From Alphaproteobacteria bacterium (lineage in GTDB: Bacteria > Pseudomonadota > Alphaproteobacteria > UBA828), in assembly GCA_965237415.1 (NCBI GenBank), contig CBDEFM010000001.1, positions 224,001-288,000 on the forward strand: 64,000 bases of DNA, written 5' to 3'. A program made the position numbers and the translations under genes. The notes under the pieces are model-generated. The model saw only the letters and a list, made by a program, of their open reading frames with translations, ran no database searches and was not told the DNA's origin. This document shows positions 51,767-60,803 of the stretch, one piece after another. Each line of letters starts with the position of its first letter. Position 1 is the first letter of the stretch.

Positions 51767-52894
51767 ATGAACATGTCCAGAATCGCGTTCACCGAGGCCC
51801 GTATCAGGGCGCTCAAAACGCGCAAGGCAGCTTACGACCTACGCGACAGCAAGCTCACCGGATTCGGCGTCCGGGTCCTGCCCTCGGGCCGCAAACGCTT
51901 CTTCATCCACTGTCAGCATAGGGGGGAGCGCCTCTGGAAGATCGTCGGCGACCCCGCGACGATGGATGTCCGCGAGGCACGGTCTCAAGCCACGGCGATG
52001 CTCGCCGCGATCCGGCGGGGCGAGGATGTGCCGGGCGAAACGGGCGGGGATTACTTCGAGGCGGTCGCCGAGACCGTGTTCCGGCGTCACGAACGGGTCT
52101 GGAAGTCGAGGACCCTTTACGTGAACCGGTGTTATCTGCGCAATCAGCTCCTGCCGCATTTCGCCGGACGCCGGGTCGCGGACATCGGCATGGACGATGT
52201 CCGGAACTGGTTTGCTTCGCTGCGTGCAACCCCGGTCGCGGCGGATCGCTCCATGCCGGTGCTTTCCGTCATCATGCGGGAGGCGGAAGCGATGGGCCTT
52301 CGGCCCGAGGGGTCCAACCCGTGCCGAGGCATCAGGCGATACCGCCGGAAGGGGCGGGAGCGCTTCCTGTCCGACGAAGAGATCCGCAGGTTGTCCGCAA
52401 CGCTGTCGGCCCATGCGGACCGTCGCCCCGGACAGGTTGCGGTCATTCGCCTTCTCCTGCTGACCGGATGCCGCCAAGGCGAGATCCTGACACTGCGCTG
52501 GTCGGACTATCGCGAAGGCCATCTGTTCCTCCGGGACAGCAAGACGGGCCCCAGAACCGTCTGGCTGTCGGACCCGGCCAGGCGCATTCTCGATACCCTG
52601 GAGCGAACCGGTCCATGGGTCTTTCCGGCCGCGCAGCGGGACCGCCCGCGGAGCGCGGGGTGGCTGCACCGGTTCTGGTACCGGGTCCGCACGGAACCCG
52701 GCCTGTGCGACGTGCGCCTTCACGACCTGCGCCACACTCATGCCAGCATCGCCCTGAAGCAGGGCGCAACCGTCCTCGCGATCGGCAGGCTGCTCGGACA
52801 CCGCAGCCCAGAGACGACGCTCAAATATACCCATCTCGCCGACACGATGGTCCACGAGGCCGCCGAGACGGTCGGCGCCGTGCTTGAGGGCTGA
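51767..52894 (+). CDS. Tyrosine recombinase/integrase 1 (arm-binding N-terminal domain)
   Basis: GFGVRV.PSG; TGCR, DSKTG, HDLRH, LLGH, TLKY all present. Confidence 0.92.
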   Translation: MNMSRIAFTEARIRALKTRKAAYDLRDSKLTGFGVRVLPSGRKRFFIHCQHRGERLWKIVGDPATMDVREARSQATAMLAAIRRGEDVPGETGGDYFEAVAETVFRRHERVWKSRTLYVNRCYLRNQLLPHFAGRRVADIGMDDVRNWFASLRATPVAADRSMPVLSVIMREAEAMGLRPEGSNPCRGIRRYRRKGRERFLSDEEIRRLSATLSAHADRRPGQVAVIRLLLLTGCRQGEILTLRWSDYREGHLFLRDSKTGPRTVWLSDPARRILDTLERTGPWVFPAAQRDRPRSAGWLHRFWYRVRTEPGLCDVRLHDLRHTHASIALKQGATVLAIGRLLGHRSPETTLKYTHLADTMVHEAAETVGAVLEG

Positions 52895-52897
52895 GCG

Positions 52898-54046
52898 GTG
52901 GCGCACAAGAAACGCGTGCGACTCACCGATACGGCCATCGCCCGCCTGCGCCCCCGCGAGCGGGAATATACGGTCTGGGACGGGAGCCTGCCCGGTCTCG
53001 GGGTCCGGGTCCGTCCGTCCGGAGGACGCAGCTGGATATTCCTGCTCAAGACGGATGGAGGGACCCGCAAGATCTCCCTCGGGCCGGCGGCGCTGAAGAT
53101 AGCCGAGGAGGCCCGCCGCGAGTGCCACGTCCTGTCCGCGGCGCCCGGCCACGAGCGCGAGCCCGAGGAGACCGGGCACGTGGCACCTTTGTTCCGGGCT
53201 TTCGTCGCCGGCGCGTGGAAGACGGCTCACTTCAACCGGTACAAGCCTTCGACGCGGAGGGGCGTGCGATATGTCCTTGCCAGGCAGCTCTTGCCCGCGT
53301 TCGGATCGAGGCCATTGGATCGAATATCCCGGGCACAGGTCAGATGCTGGTTCGACACATTCAGCCAGACCGCCCCGGCGGGTGCCAACCGTGCTCTCGA
53401 CATCTTGCGGCAGATCATGAACTTCGCAATCGCCTGCGGCCACATCGACGCCAATCCCGCGCGCGGCGCAAAAAGGAACCGACGTCAGCCGCTCACCCGC
53501 TTCCTGTCCCGCGAGGAGATCGGCCGCCTCCATAGCGTCCTGGACAAGCAGTCCGGCAAGAGCCGCACGCGGCAGGCCGACATCATCCGGCTTCTGCTGC
53601 TCACCGGATGCCGCAAAAGCGAGATCGTGCAGCTGCGCCGGTCCGAGGTCCGGGACGACGTGCTCACCTTGGCCGACAGCAAGACCGGGCCGCGAAACGT
53701 GCCCCTCAACGCAGGAGCCCGGCGCATCCTCGAACGGCAGCCCCAATGCGGGAGCCCGTTCGTGTTTCCGTCGCCCCGCGACCCGGCCCGGCCGCGCAGT
53801 CTCAACCTCCCGCTATGGTATCGGGTCCGGCGGGAAGCCGGGATCGAGGATGTCCGTCTTCATGATCTCCGCCATACGGTGGCGAGCCATGCCGTCATGA
53901 ACGGGGTGCCGGTGCCGGTGGTATCCCGGCTGCTCGGCCACTCCAATGTGCGCATGACGCTACGCTATGCCCATCTCGGGGACCGGGAAATCGAGGCTGC
54001 GGCCGAAAGCATCGGCCAATTCATCGCCGATATCATGGACATGTAG
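52898..54046 (+). CDS. Tyrosine recombinase/integrase 2 (paralogue of integrase 1)
   Basis: GLGVRV.PSG; TGCR, DSKTG, HDLRH, LLGH, TLRY all present; starts 3 bp after integrase 1. Confidence 0.92.
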   Translation: MAHKKRVRLTDTAIARLRPREREYTVWDGSLPGLGVRVRPSGGRSWIFLLKTDGGTRKISLGPAALKIAEEARRECHVLSAAPGHEREPEETGHVAPLFRAFVAGAWKTAHFNRYKPSTRRGVRYVLARQLLPAFGSRPLDRISRAQVRCWFDTFSQTAPAGANRALDILRQIMNFAIACGHIDANPARGAKRNRRQPLTRFLSREEIGRLHSVLDKQSGKSRTRQADIIRLLLLTGCRKSEIVQLRRSEVRDDVLTLADSKTGPRNVPLNAGARRILERQPQCGSPFVFPSPRDPARPRSLNLPLWYRVRREAGIEDVRLHDLRHTVASHAVMNGVPVPVVSRLLGHSNVRMTLRYAHLGDREIEAAAESIGQFIADIMDM

Positions 54047-54165
54047 AATGACCGTTGGCCGGCGTATTCGCCTCGTACCGCTGGTCCGTGGGGTGTGAAA
54101 ACCAACGCGGCTCCGCCCTTGTAGCCGGACGACGGCACAGCTTATGGTTAGGACTCTTTGCTGTT

Positions 54166-54257
54166 TGTTGGTCGGCGCGCGGATTGGACGCCGATCGGCG
54201 CGCTAACTAGTTGTTTTCTTTTGACTCATAGGGGTCAACATCGCGCGCTTAACAACA
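54166..54257 (+). repeat. ~91-bp site, copy S1
   Basis: TGTTG-x-TCGGCG...CGCCGATCG-R-CGCG-x-TAA-N4-TTG...GGGGTCAA...AACAACA; 69/92 identical to reverse-complemented S3. Confidence 0.85.
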
Positions 54258-54442
54258 CTCAAGCTCGCTGCGCTCCTCCGCAGTCAACTTGATCTCCACC
54301 GATGGCCGCATCACCATGCCCCCCGATTCGATACCACCCCTTTAACAATACGAACTTTTGGGAATTATATCGAATAGTCACATTTTCCGCTTGACCATGC
54401 GCCCATCAATCTTTATCTTATAGTCACACAAGGGGATTGAAG

Positions 54443-55429
54443 ATGGCTCGCAAGGCACCCGGTAAATCGCATCGCAAGGGACTGACCTTCATGGAGGTCG
54501 CCGACATGTTCCGCGACGAAGAGACGGCGCGGGAGTGGATCGAGAAAGAGCGCTGGCCCGATGGCCCGTACTGCCCAAAGTGCGGATCGTTCAACGTCCA
54601 GTCCAAGATCAAGCACAAGACCATGACGCACCGTTGCCGGGAGTGCATGAGCGGCAAGAGCAAGACCATGTTCACCGTCCGCATCGGCACCGTCATGGAA
54701 AGCACGAAGATGCCCTACCGCGCTTGGGCGGTCGGCATTTACCTGTTCACGACGAACATCAAGGGCGTGTCGTCCATGAAGCTGCATCGCGAACTGGGCA
54801 TCAGTCAGAAGGCGGCATGGTTCATGCTGCATCGGCTGCGGCTGGCGTTTGACGCCGAGACCGGGCCGTTCACGGGGCCGGTGGAAGTGGACGAAACGCA
54901 TATCGGTGGCAAGCGGAAGAACAAGCCGTTGGCGAAACGGAAAGAGCTGAAAGGTCGCGGCGCGGTGGACATGACCACCGTTGCCGGGGCGAAGGACCGC
55001 GAGACCAACCGGATTGCGGCCCGCGTCGTTGCAGATACCGATGCGCCGACGCTGCAAGGTTTCGTTCGCGAGCACGCCAAACCCGGCGCGACGGTCTATA
55101 CGGACGAGGCGAGAGCCTACAAGGGGATGCCCGAATTCACCCATGAGGCCGTCAATCACAGCGTCGGCGAATATGTCCGCGATATGGCTTCGACGAATGG
55201 CATGGAGAGCTTCTGGTCCATGCTGGAGCGCGGGCATCAGGGCATCTACCACAAGTTCTCGCCGAAGCATCTTGATCGCTACGTGACGGAATTCGCCGGC
55301 CGGCATAACGACCGCGAAGCCGATACCGTCGATCAAATGACGGGGATCGTTGCGGGCATGGTCGGGAAACGGCTGACCTATGCCGATCTGACCGCGGACA
55401 ATGGGCTGGACTCGGGAGCGCGCTCATGA
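54443..55429 (+). CDS. IS1595 family transposase
   Basis: CPKCG Zn ribbon, VEVDET, YTDE, VNHS..EYV, TNGMESFW, YVTEF. Confidence 0.93.
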   Translation: MARKAPGKSHRKGLTFMEVADMFRDEETAREWIEKERWPDGPYCPKCGSFNVQSKIKHKTMTHRCRECMSGKSKTMFTVRIGTVMESTKMPYRAWAVGIYLFTTNIKGVSSMKLHRELGISQKAAWFMLHRLRLAFDAETGPFTGPVEVDETHIGGKRKNKPLAKRKELKGRGAVDMTTVAGAKDRETNRIAARVVADTDAPTLQGFVREHAKPGATVYTDEARAYKGMPEFTHEAVNHSVGEYVRDMASTNGMESFWSMLERGHQGIYHKFSPKHLDRYVTEFAGRHNDREADTVDQMTGIVAGMVGKRLTYADLTADNGLDSGARS

Positions 55430-55842
55430 CCGATGAAGAACGCCGTCAACAGAACTGGGTGGAACTCCGGGCAGACTGCACGGCGCAAGGAATCTTCGAT
55501 CTCATTGTGAACGCCGTGAAGCGCGACGTTGAGCGATTCAACAAACTCCCTCCGCAGAGGCGCCGAGACCGAACCTTCAAGCTCGAACAGAATGAACGGG
55601 AAATCGTTGGTGTCGCTCAAGTGAACGATTCCGGGGAGTGGATAAAAGGGCTGATGGGCATAAACATTGAAAAGACCGGAGCGACTATTAGGGTATGGCG
55701 CAACCGAGATTGTCAATTTGCGGTCGAACAGGAATGGAATGAAGAGACGCTCGCCTGCGACCTGAAGATCGACGGTAAGCGCTATTCGGTCTGGCAGATC
55801 AGTCAGAAGGCGATCGGTGACCTGCTGTTCGGCTATGGCTGA
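55426..55842 (+). CDS. Hypothetical passenger protein (138 aa)
   Basis: ATGA overlap with the transposase stop; overlaps the MTase start. Confidence 0.7.
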   Translation: MTDEERRQQNWVELRADCTAQGIFDLIVNAVKRDVERFNKLPPQRRRDRTFKLEQNEREIVGVAQVNDSGEWIKGLMGINIEKTGATIRVWRNRDCQFAVEQEWNEETLACDLKIDGKRYSVWQISQKAIGDLLFGYG

Positions 55843-57244
55843 TCCCAACTTCGCGAGCGGCACGGTCTGGACGGGCGACAACCTCGCGGTCATGCGGGGC
55901 ATGAACAGTGGGTGCGTCGATCTGATCTACTTGGACCCGCCGTTCAACTCCAATCGGCACTACGAGGCGCCGATAGGGAGCAAGGCCGCCGGGGCCTCGT
56001 TCAAGGACGCATGGACCCTGGACGACGTTGACGTGTGCGAGCATGGCGAACTAGCCGATCGCAACCCAGCGGCATACTGTGTCATCGAAGCGGCACGCAT
56101 GGCGCATGGAAAGTCCATGCAATCATACTTGATCTTCATGGCGGTACGGTTGCTGGAAATGAGGCGCATCCTAAAGCCCACGGGCAGCATCTATTTGCAC
56201 TGCGATCCGACTGCGAGCCATTACCTGAAGTTACTAATGGACAGTATTTTTGGACAAGACAGCTTTCGTAATGAAATTGTGTGGCAACGGACGCCCGCGA
56301 AGGCGTTGATGACCACGCGGCTGGCGACCAACCATGATATTTTGTTTGTTTATCAGATGGCAGAGCGTGCAACATGGAATGCAGACGCAGCCTTCATCCC
56401 ATATGATCCGAACAACCTCGACAGTCGGACGGCTTCTAAATATCGGCACTTAGATGCCGACGGGCGGGTGTACCGTCTTGATAACTTGACTAATCCGAAC
56501 AGAAATAGGCCGAACCTAACATACGAATTCATGGGCGTTACTCGTGTATGGCGCTGGACACAAGAACGAATGCTAGAAGCGTATGACGCGGGATTGATCG
56601 TTCAAAACAAGCCGGGAGGTGTGCCTCAGCTAAAGCGGTATTTGGATGAGCAGAAGGGACGGCCAGTCGGAGATGTATGGGCAGATATTCCGCCTATAAA
56701 TTCGCAAGCGAAGGAGCGGATAGGCTATCCCACTCAAAAGCCCTTAGCCTTGCTAAGGCGGATCATTACACTGAGTACCTATCCCGATGATTTTGTGCTT
56801 GATCCCTTCTGCGGTTGCGCCACGGCCCTTGTCGCGGCGGATCGGCTCCAACGGAAGTGGGCCGGTATCGACCTCTCGCCGCTCGCCATAAAGCTAGTTA
56901 ACGAGAGAATCGCGGGAGATCGGGCAGCCACCAAGGAGGCCGAACACAACCCCGTGATCGGCGGCTCCCTGTTCCGCGTAACAGCCCTGACAGAGCCCCC
57001 CAGCCGAACGGACCTAGGAGACCTTCCCAACTACCGGACACACCGGCACCGCCTCTACGGCGTACAGGAGGGCGTCTGCGCAGGCTGCGAGACGCACTTC
57101 CCGTTCCGCGTCATGGACGTTGACCACATGCTGCCCCGCTCACGCGGTGGGACGGATCATCCCGACAATCTTCAACTGCTCTGCTCCGGTTGCAACCGGA
57201 GCAAGGGCGGTAAAACGATGGCCGAATGGAGGGCCGCGCAGTGA
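55835..57244 (+). CDS. N6/N4 DNA methyltransferase (beta class) fused to a C-terminal HNH endonuclease domain
   Basis: DLIYLDPPF, YPTQKP, DPFCGCAT; then CAGC...DHMLPRSRGG.D.PDNLQLLCSGCN. Confidence 0.9.
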   Translation: MADPNFASGTVWTGDNLAVMRGMNSGCVDLIYLDPPFNSNRHYEAPIGSKAAGASFKDAWTLDDVDVCEHGELADRNPAAYCVIEAARMAHGKSMQSYLIFMAVRLLEMRRILKPTGSIYLHCDPTASHYLKLLMDSIFGQDSFRNEIVWQRTPAKALMTTRLATNHDILFVYQMAERATWNADAAFIPYDPNNLDSRTASKYRHLDADGRVYRLDNLTNPNRNRPNLTYEFMGVTRVWRWTQERMLEAYDAGLIVQNKPGGVPQLKRYLDEQKGRPVGDVWADIPPINSQAKERIGYPTQKPLALLRRIITLSTYPDDFVLDPFCGCATALVAADRLQRKWAGIDLSPLAIKLVNERIAGDRAATKEAEHNPVIGGSLFRVTALTEPPSRTDLGDLPNYRTHRHRLYGVQEGVCAGCETHFPFRVMDVDHMLPRSRGGTDHPDNLQLLCSGCNRSKGGKTMAEWRAAQ

Positions 57245-57420
57245 CCGACAAACCCCGCAAGCGCAAGCTGCCGAAGCCCAGGACGATCACGCTGCCCGAT
57301 CAGAGCTACCAGCCGCCGAAGGCGGAGCAGGAGAAAGAGCACGACATGCCGGGTGCGTCCAAGAAGACGGTGCGCCGTGCATTCTTCCGTCCGGTCAACG
57401 TCCGCCGCGAGGACGGATGA
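57241..57420 (+). CDS. Small basic hypothetical protein (59 aa)
   Basis: GTGA overlap with the MTase-HNH stop and ATGA overlap with the next ORF. Confidence 0.6.
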   Translation: MTDKPRKRKLPKPRTITLPDQSYQPPKAEQEKEHDMPGASKKTVRRAFFRPVNVRREDG

Positions 57421-57758
57421 AGGGGAAGAAATATAGAAGGCAGATGAAGCGCCTGCGGAAGATGCTGGCCGATGGAACGCGCTACCAGGGCGGGGCGTAC
57501 AAAGACGGCAAGAGGCATGGCCCTTGGGTGGCAATCCGTCGTAATGGGACTGTTGTGGTGTGCGAGTACAAGGAGGGCGCGATGGTTGGCCGTCCTCGCA
57601 AACTCAAGAAGGGTCATTGGCCGCCGGTCATAGCTACGGTGCGGGCCCAAGGCTCTGTTTCAGCACGGAGCTGGGGCCACGCGAGGATGCACGGCCCACC
57701 TCTTCGGGGTGGGAGGGCTGACGGCAATCAGGTGTCGCGACTACGATTCACAATGTGA
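57417..57758 (+). CDS. Small basic protein with MORN-like repeats
   Basis: YQGGAYKDGKRHGPW...EYKEG; stop lies inside the right TIR. Confidence 0.5.
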   Translation: MKGKKYRRQMKRLRKMLADGTRYQGGAYKDGKRHGPWVAIRRNGTVVVCEYKEGAMVGRPRKLKKGHWPPVIATVRAQGSVSARSWGHARMHGPPLRGGRADGNQVSRLRFTM

Positions 57759-57810
57759 CTATTCGATATAATCCCCGAACTTTTCGTACAGAACACTAGC
57801 ACCGGAGGAC

Positions 57811-58179
57811 ATGGACATGTTGAAGACACTAATGTGGGCGACAGTAAGCGTGATCGCCATAGTGGCAACCACAGAAAACCTGACGGGCGCTGACGGCACT
57901 AAGGCTGACACCTGGGCCAAGCAGATAGCAGAGAAGGACCCGCGGAACGCAAATTGGAGGGCGCTGAAAGCTCGCAAGATGAGCGTGGGTCTGATAGAGC
58001 AGCAGTGCCGCAAATACATCAACGGACCACGCAAGGCAGAGGCATTAGACGAGGTAGCCTCACAGCTGTACCACTGGCGAGAGACTGCATACGACATCGC
58101 GGATGCCATGAACTACGACCACATACCGACTGCAAGGACCCTGTGCATGGACTTGAAGACCTTGAGCATCATACGCTGA
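57811..58179 (+). CDS. Hypothetical exported protein (cargo between S1 and S2)
   Basis: RBS GGAGG; hydrophobic N-terminus; 122 aa. Confidence 0.65.
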   Translation: MDMLKTLMWATVSVIAIVATTENLTGADGTKADTWAKQIAEKDPRNANWRALKARKMSVGLIEQQCRKYINGPRKAEALDEVASQLYHWRETAYDIADAMNYDHIPTARTLCMDLKTLSIIR

Positions 58180-58221
58180 CCAAATAGCGCTCCGCCCTAC
58201 CCATAGGCGTTGAACGCTGGC

Positions 58222-58311
58222 TGTTGTTCGGCGAGTGGTTGCGCGCCGATCGACGCGATAAGCTATTGAAGTGGCTTGATATTGGGGGTCAAAATTGCAC
58301 GCCGAACAACA
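58222..58311 (+). repeat. ~91-bp site, copy S2
   Basis: Same motif blocks as S1/S3; perfect terminal IR TGTTGTTCGGCG...CGCCGAACAACA. Confidence 0.8.
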
Positions 58312-58349
58312 ATAGAAGAAGGGGCAATGCGGTGGGAGGGCATCGCCGG

Positions 58350-59102
58350 ATGACAGAAATGAAACTGACGATCGATCTGCAAAGTTTTTCACCGAAGAAC
58401 GAAGTGCGGAAGCGAGGAATCGCGACCACGCTGGAATCGACGTTCGAAGCCTTCATGTCGGTGTTCGAAAGGCAACCGGATGCGGGTGTGAACGTGGCAT
58501 GGTGGGGATCGCCGAAGCCGCCGAGGACGTTGTTCGACCGTCGGCCGTACGAGATACGGCTGACAGCCCGGGGAAACGGCTGGCCGCAGTACGCCTATCA
58601 GTTTGCCCACGAGCTGTGCCACGTGATGACCAACTTTGATCGTGTCAAGGAACACCGGCACAAATGGTTCGAGGAAAGCCTGTGCGAGCTTGCCTCGCTC
58701 TTCGTGCTCTACAGGCTTGCCAAAGCATGGGCGGCCGATCCGCCTGCCGGAATAAGCGCAGCCGGGAGTTATGCCCCCGCCCATGCGGAGTACGCGCGGA
58801 GCGAGATGGGAAAGTCCGCTCCCGTACCGCGATCGGGACTTCCGGCGTGGATGAAAGCCAACATCGGCACGATGGAGGAGAACAGCACGAAACGTTGTCT
58901 CAATCGGGTTGTTGCGGTCGCACTCCTGGATTGTTTCCGGCAAGACCCCGCGCTCTGGCGGGACTGCGCGTGCCTGAATTTCTGGGATGCCAGCAAGGAC
59001 CCGACATTCGCGGCGTATCTCGACTCGTGGGACGGGATTCTCAGCGGTCGGGGCGCCGTGCCGGGAGCGACGCCAAGCCTTGTGAGGGCACTGGTTCTTT
59101 GA
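58350..59102 (+). CDS. HExxH zinc-metallopeptidase-like hypothetical protein (cargo between S2 and S3)
   Basis: YQFAHELCH followed by WFEESLCE; RBS GGGAGG. Confidence 0.7.
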   Translation: MTEMKLTIDLQSFSPKNEVRKRGIATTLESTFEAFMSVFERQPDAGVNVAWWGSPKPPRTLFDRRPYEIRLTARGNGWPQYAYQFAHELCHVMTNFDRVKEHRHKWFEESLCELASLFVLYRLAKAWAADPPAGISAAGSYAPAHAEYARSEMGKSAPVPRSGLPAWMKANIGTMEENSTKRCLNRVVAVALLDCFRQDPALWRDCACLNFWDASKDPTFAAYLDSWDGILSGRGAVPGATPSLVRALVL

Positions 59103-59198
59103 GAAGGGTGGTGTGCCGAGTCCAGTGTCCTGTTTCATAAATTACTAGTCACGATTGTTGTTCTGTGATTCGTTATGCCTCGGGTTGTCGATCTGGAG

Positions 59199-59290
59199 TG
59201 TTGTTAAGCACGCTTTGTTGACCCCCCGGAATCCAGCCAGATCAATGGATTACCGCGTCGATCGGCGCCGAACCCGCGCGCCGATCAACA
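59199..59290 (-). repeat. ~91-bp site, copy S3 (inverted relative to S1/S2)
   Basis: Reverse complement aligns without gaps to S1. Confidence 0.85.
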
Positions 59291-59341
59291 ACCGGTTGCC
59301 GACGCAATGAAATTCTGACGCTGCGCTGGGAATTTATCGAT
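59291..59341 (+). pseudogene. Tyrosine integrase catalytic-Arg fragment
   Basis: Translates TGCRRNEILTLRWEFID; compare integrase 1 TGCRQGEILTLRWSD. Confidence 0.65.
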
Positions 59342-59528
59342 TGTGGATTTCCTGCAAGGCGAGAATTTGCATAACTGATTGTAACCAATCTATTTATTCT
59401 ATTTCTCGCCGCCGCCTGGAAGACGGTTTCCTGCACTGTTCAACACTATTTCAACACGGGACCTCCGGTCATGAGCGAGCGCATCCCGGGCGCCGCACGC
59501 CGCAAAGGTAACCGTTCGGCGGCCCTTT

Positions 59529-60223
59529 CAATTACCCACATCTTGGTATTTTTAGTGTCTTGCCACAATTTGTTGTGTTTGTGGAGTAGAGCGTGATTCC
59601 TTGTCCGGCACCGAATCGGGAACGGAGAGGTGCGGATCATGGAGCAACGTTGGTTCGACGAGGAACTATCGGGTTGCCAGCTTGGCGACGGTCGTCTGGA
59701 TAGTCGCCTTCGCCAACTGGTGGAGCGCATGGATGCCGGGTTCGGCGAGAGCATTCCTCTTGCCTGCCAGGACTGGGCCAGCACGAAGGCGGCGTACCGC
59801 TTCTTCTCCAACGACCGGGTGAGCGAAGAAGATATTCTTCGGGGCCATTTCGACGCAACGCGGCGCCGGTTCGTCGCCAGCGACGGCCCGATGCTGGTTC
59901 TTCACGACACGACGGAGTTTACATGGAAACGTAGGCGTTCCGAGGCAGTGGGCTTCACCACGAAGGTAAGCAGCGGCAAGGACAAGCGCGGTCGCGAGCG
60001 CATGCACACGGTCTGCGGGCTATTGATGCATTCGAGCCTGGTGGCGACGACGGATGGGTTGCCGCTGGGAATAGCCGCGGCCAAGTTCTGGACCCGGAAG
60101 AAGTTCAAGGGCACGAACGCCCTCAGGAGGAGGATCAACCCAACGCGCGTGCCGATCGAGGGCAAGGAGAGCATGCGCTGGCTGGACAACCTGCGTCGGC
60201 GGCCGGGGGATTTCAGCGATTGA
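59529..60223 (+). mobile_element. Truncated IS4-family (IS50/Tn5-like) element; transposase 5' part 59639-60223
   Basis: End sequence CAATTACCCACA at 59529; LGDGRL, SIPLAC, KAAYRFF, LHDTTE, ESMRW; C-terminal half missing. Confidence 0.8.
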
Positions 60224-60496
60224 GGGTTCGCTTCCAATCCCTTCTGAGGGGCCGGAGCCAGATGTCCTTTTTCGGCTGGGCGCGTTTCATGTGCCTGTCG
60301 TAGCGCCCGCGATCCTGGGTGGTTCCGACACGGATCCAGCCCGATGCCCTGTACGGCGCCGGTGTAGCGCGGGGTCTCGACGAAGGTCTCGATGAGCACG
60401 GGCGTTGTGTTGTAGCGCTCGGTCCAGTCCTCGGGCAGGCGGCGGCGGACGATGGCGAGGATGTGCGAGCCGAGGTTGGGGATCGTGATCCATGGG
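60213..60496 (-). pseudogene. C-terminal remnant of a DUF4338 (DruA-like) protein, frameshifted
   Basis: PNLGSHILA..RRRLPEDWTERY..PVLIETFV..RYTG / YRASGWIRVGTT.RGRYD. Confidence 0.7.
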
Positions 60497-60803
60497 ATTC
60501 CAGGACAGGTGGTGTACGATAACGGGCGGGATCGGATTCAGGCTGACGGCGCGGTGGGAGGCGTACTGATCCTCACGATCGCGTTCGACGCGAGCGGCAT
60601 CGGAAGGCAAGAAAGGGGATAACGTGTTCCGGGGCACACAACAGACTGGTGCGTGGCGTGGACGAGTGCACCCCCATCATCAAGCCGGCTCACAACGGTG
60701 GCGCGCGGGTCGGCGTGCACCCCGCGCGCCGGACCACGACCACTTGCAAGACCGGCCCCCTACGGCTGGCATCGCCGCCCGGAATAGGCCCGTGCGCTCC
60801 ACC

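Larger units (their letters stand above)
54360..57776 (+). mobile_element. IS1595-family element with passenger genes (3417 bp)
   Basis: 25-bp TIRs GGG(A/G)ATTATATCGAATAGTCACATT (1 mismatch); 8-bp TSD GAACTTTT at 54352-59 and 57777-84. Confidence 0.93.

Noticed and set aside
57040-57244. HNH domain as an IscB/Cas9-like RNA-guided nuclease
   Set aside because: No RuvC segments and no room for an associated ncRNA; the HNH is fused to a methyltransferase
54231-59225. GGGGTCAACA... 33-bp inverted repeats read as Tn3-type ends
   Set aside because: No 5-bp TSD and no TnpA; the match is an internal part of the longer S1/S3 repeat
54166-59290. Reading S1-S3 as a CRISPR array or classical integron attC sites
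   Set aside because: Units are ~91 bp, kilobases apart and one is inverted; no cas genes; no RYYYAAC...GTTRRRY arrangement
60213-60496. Druantia defence system
   Set aside because: Only a frameshifted DUF4338 C-terminal fragment among IS debris; no other Dru genes
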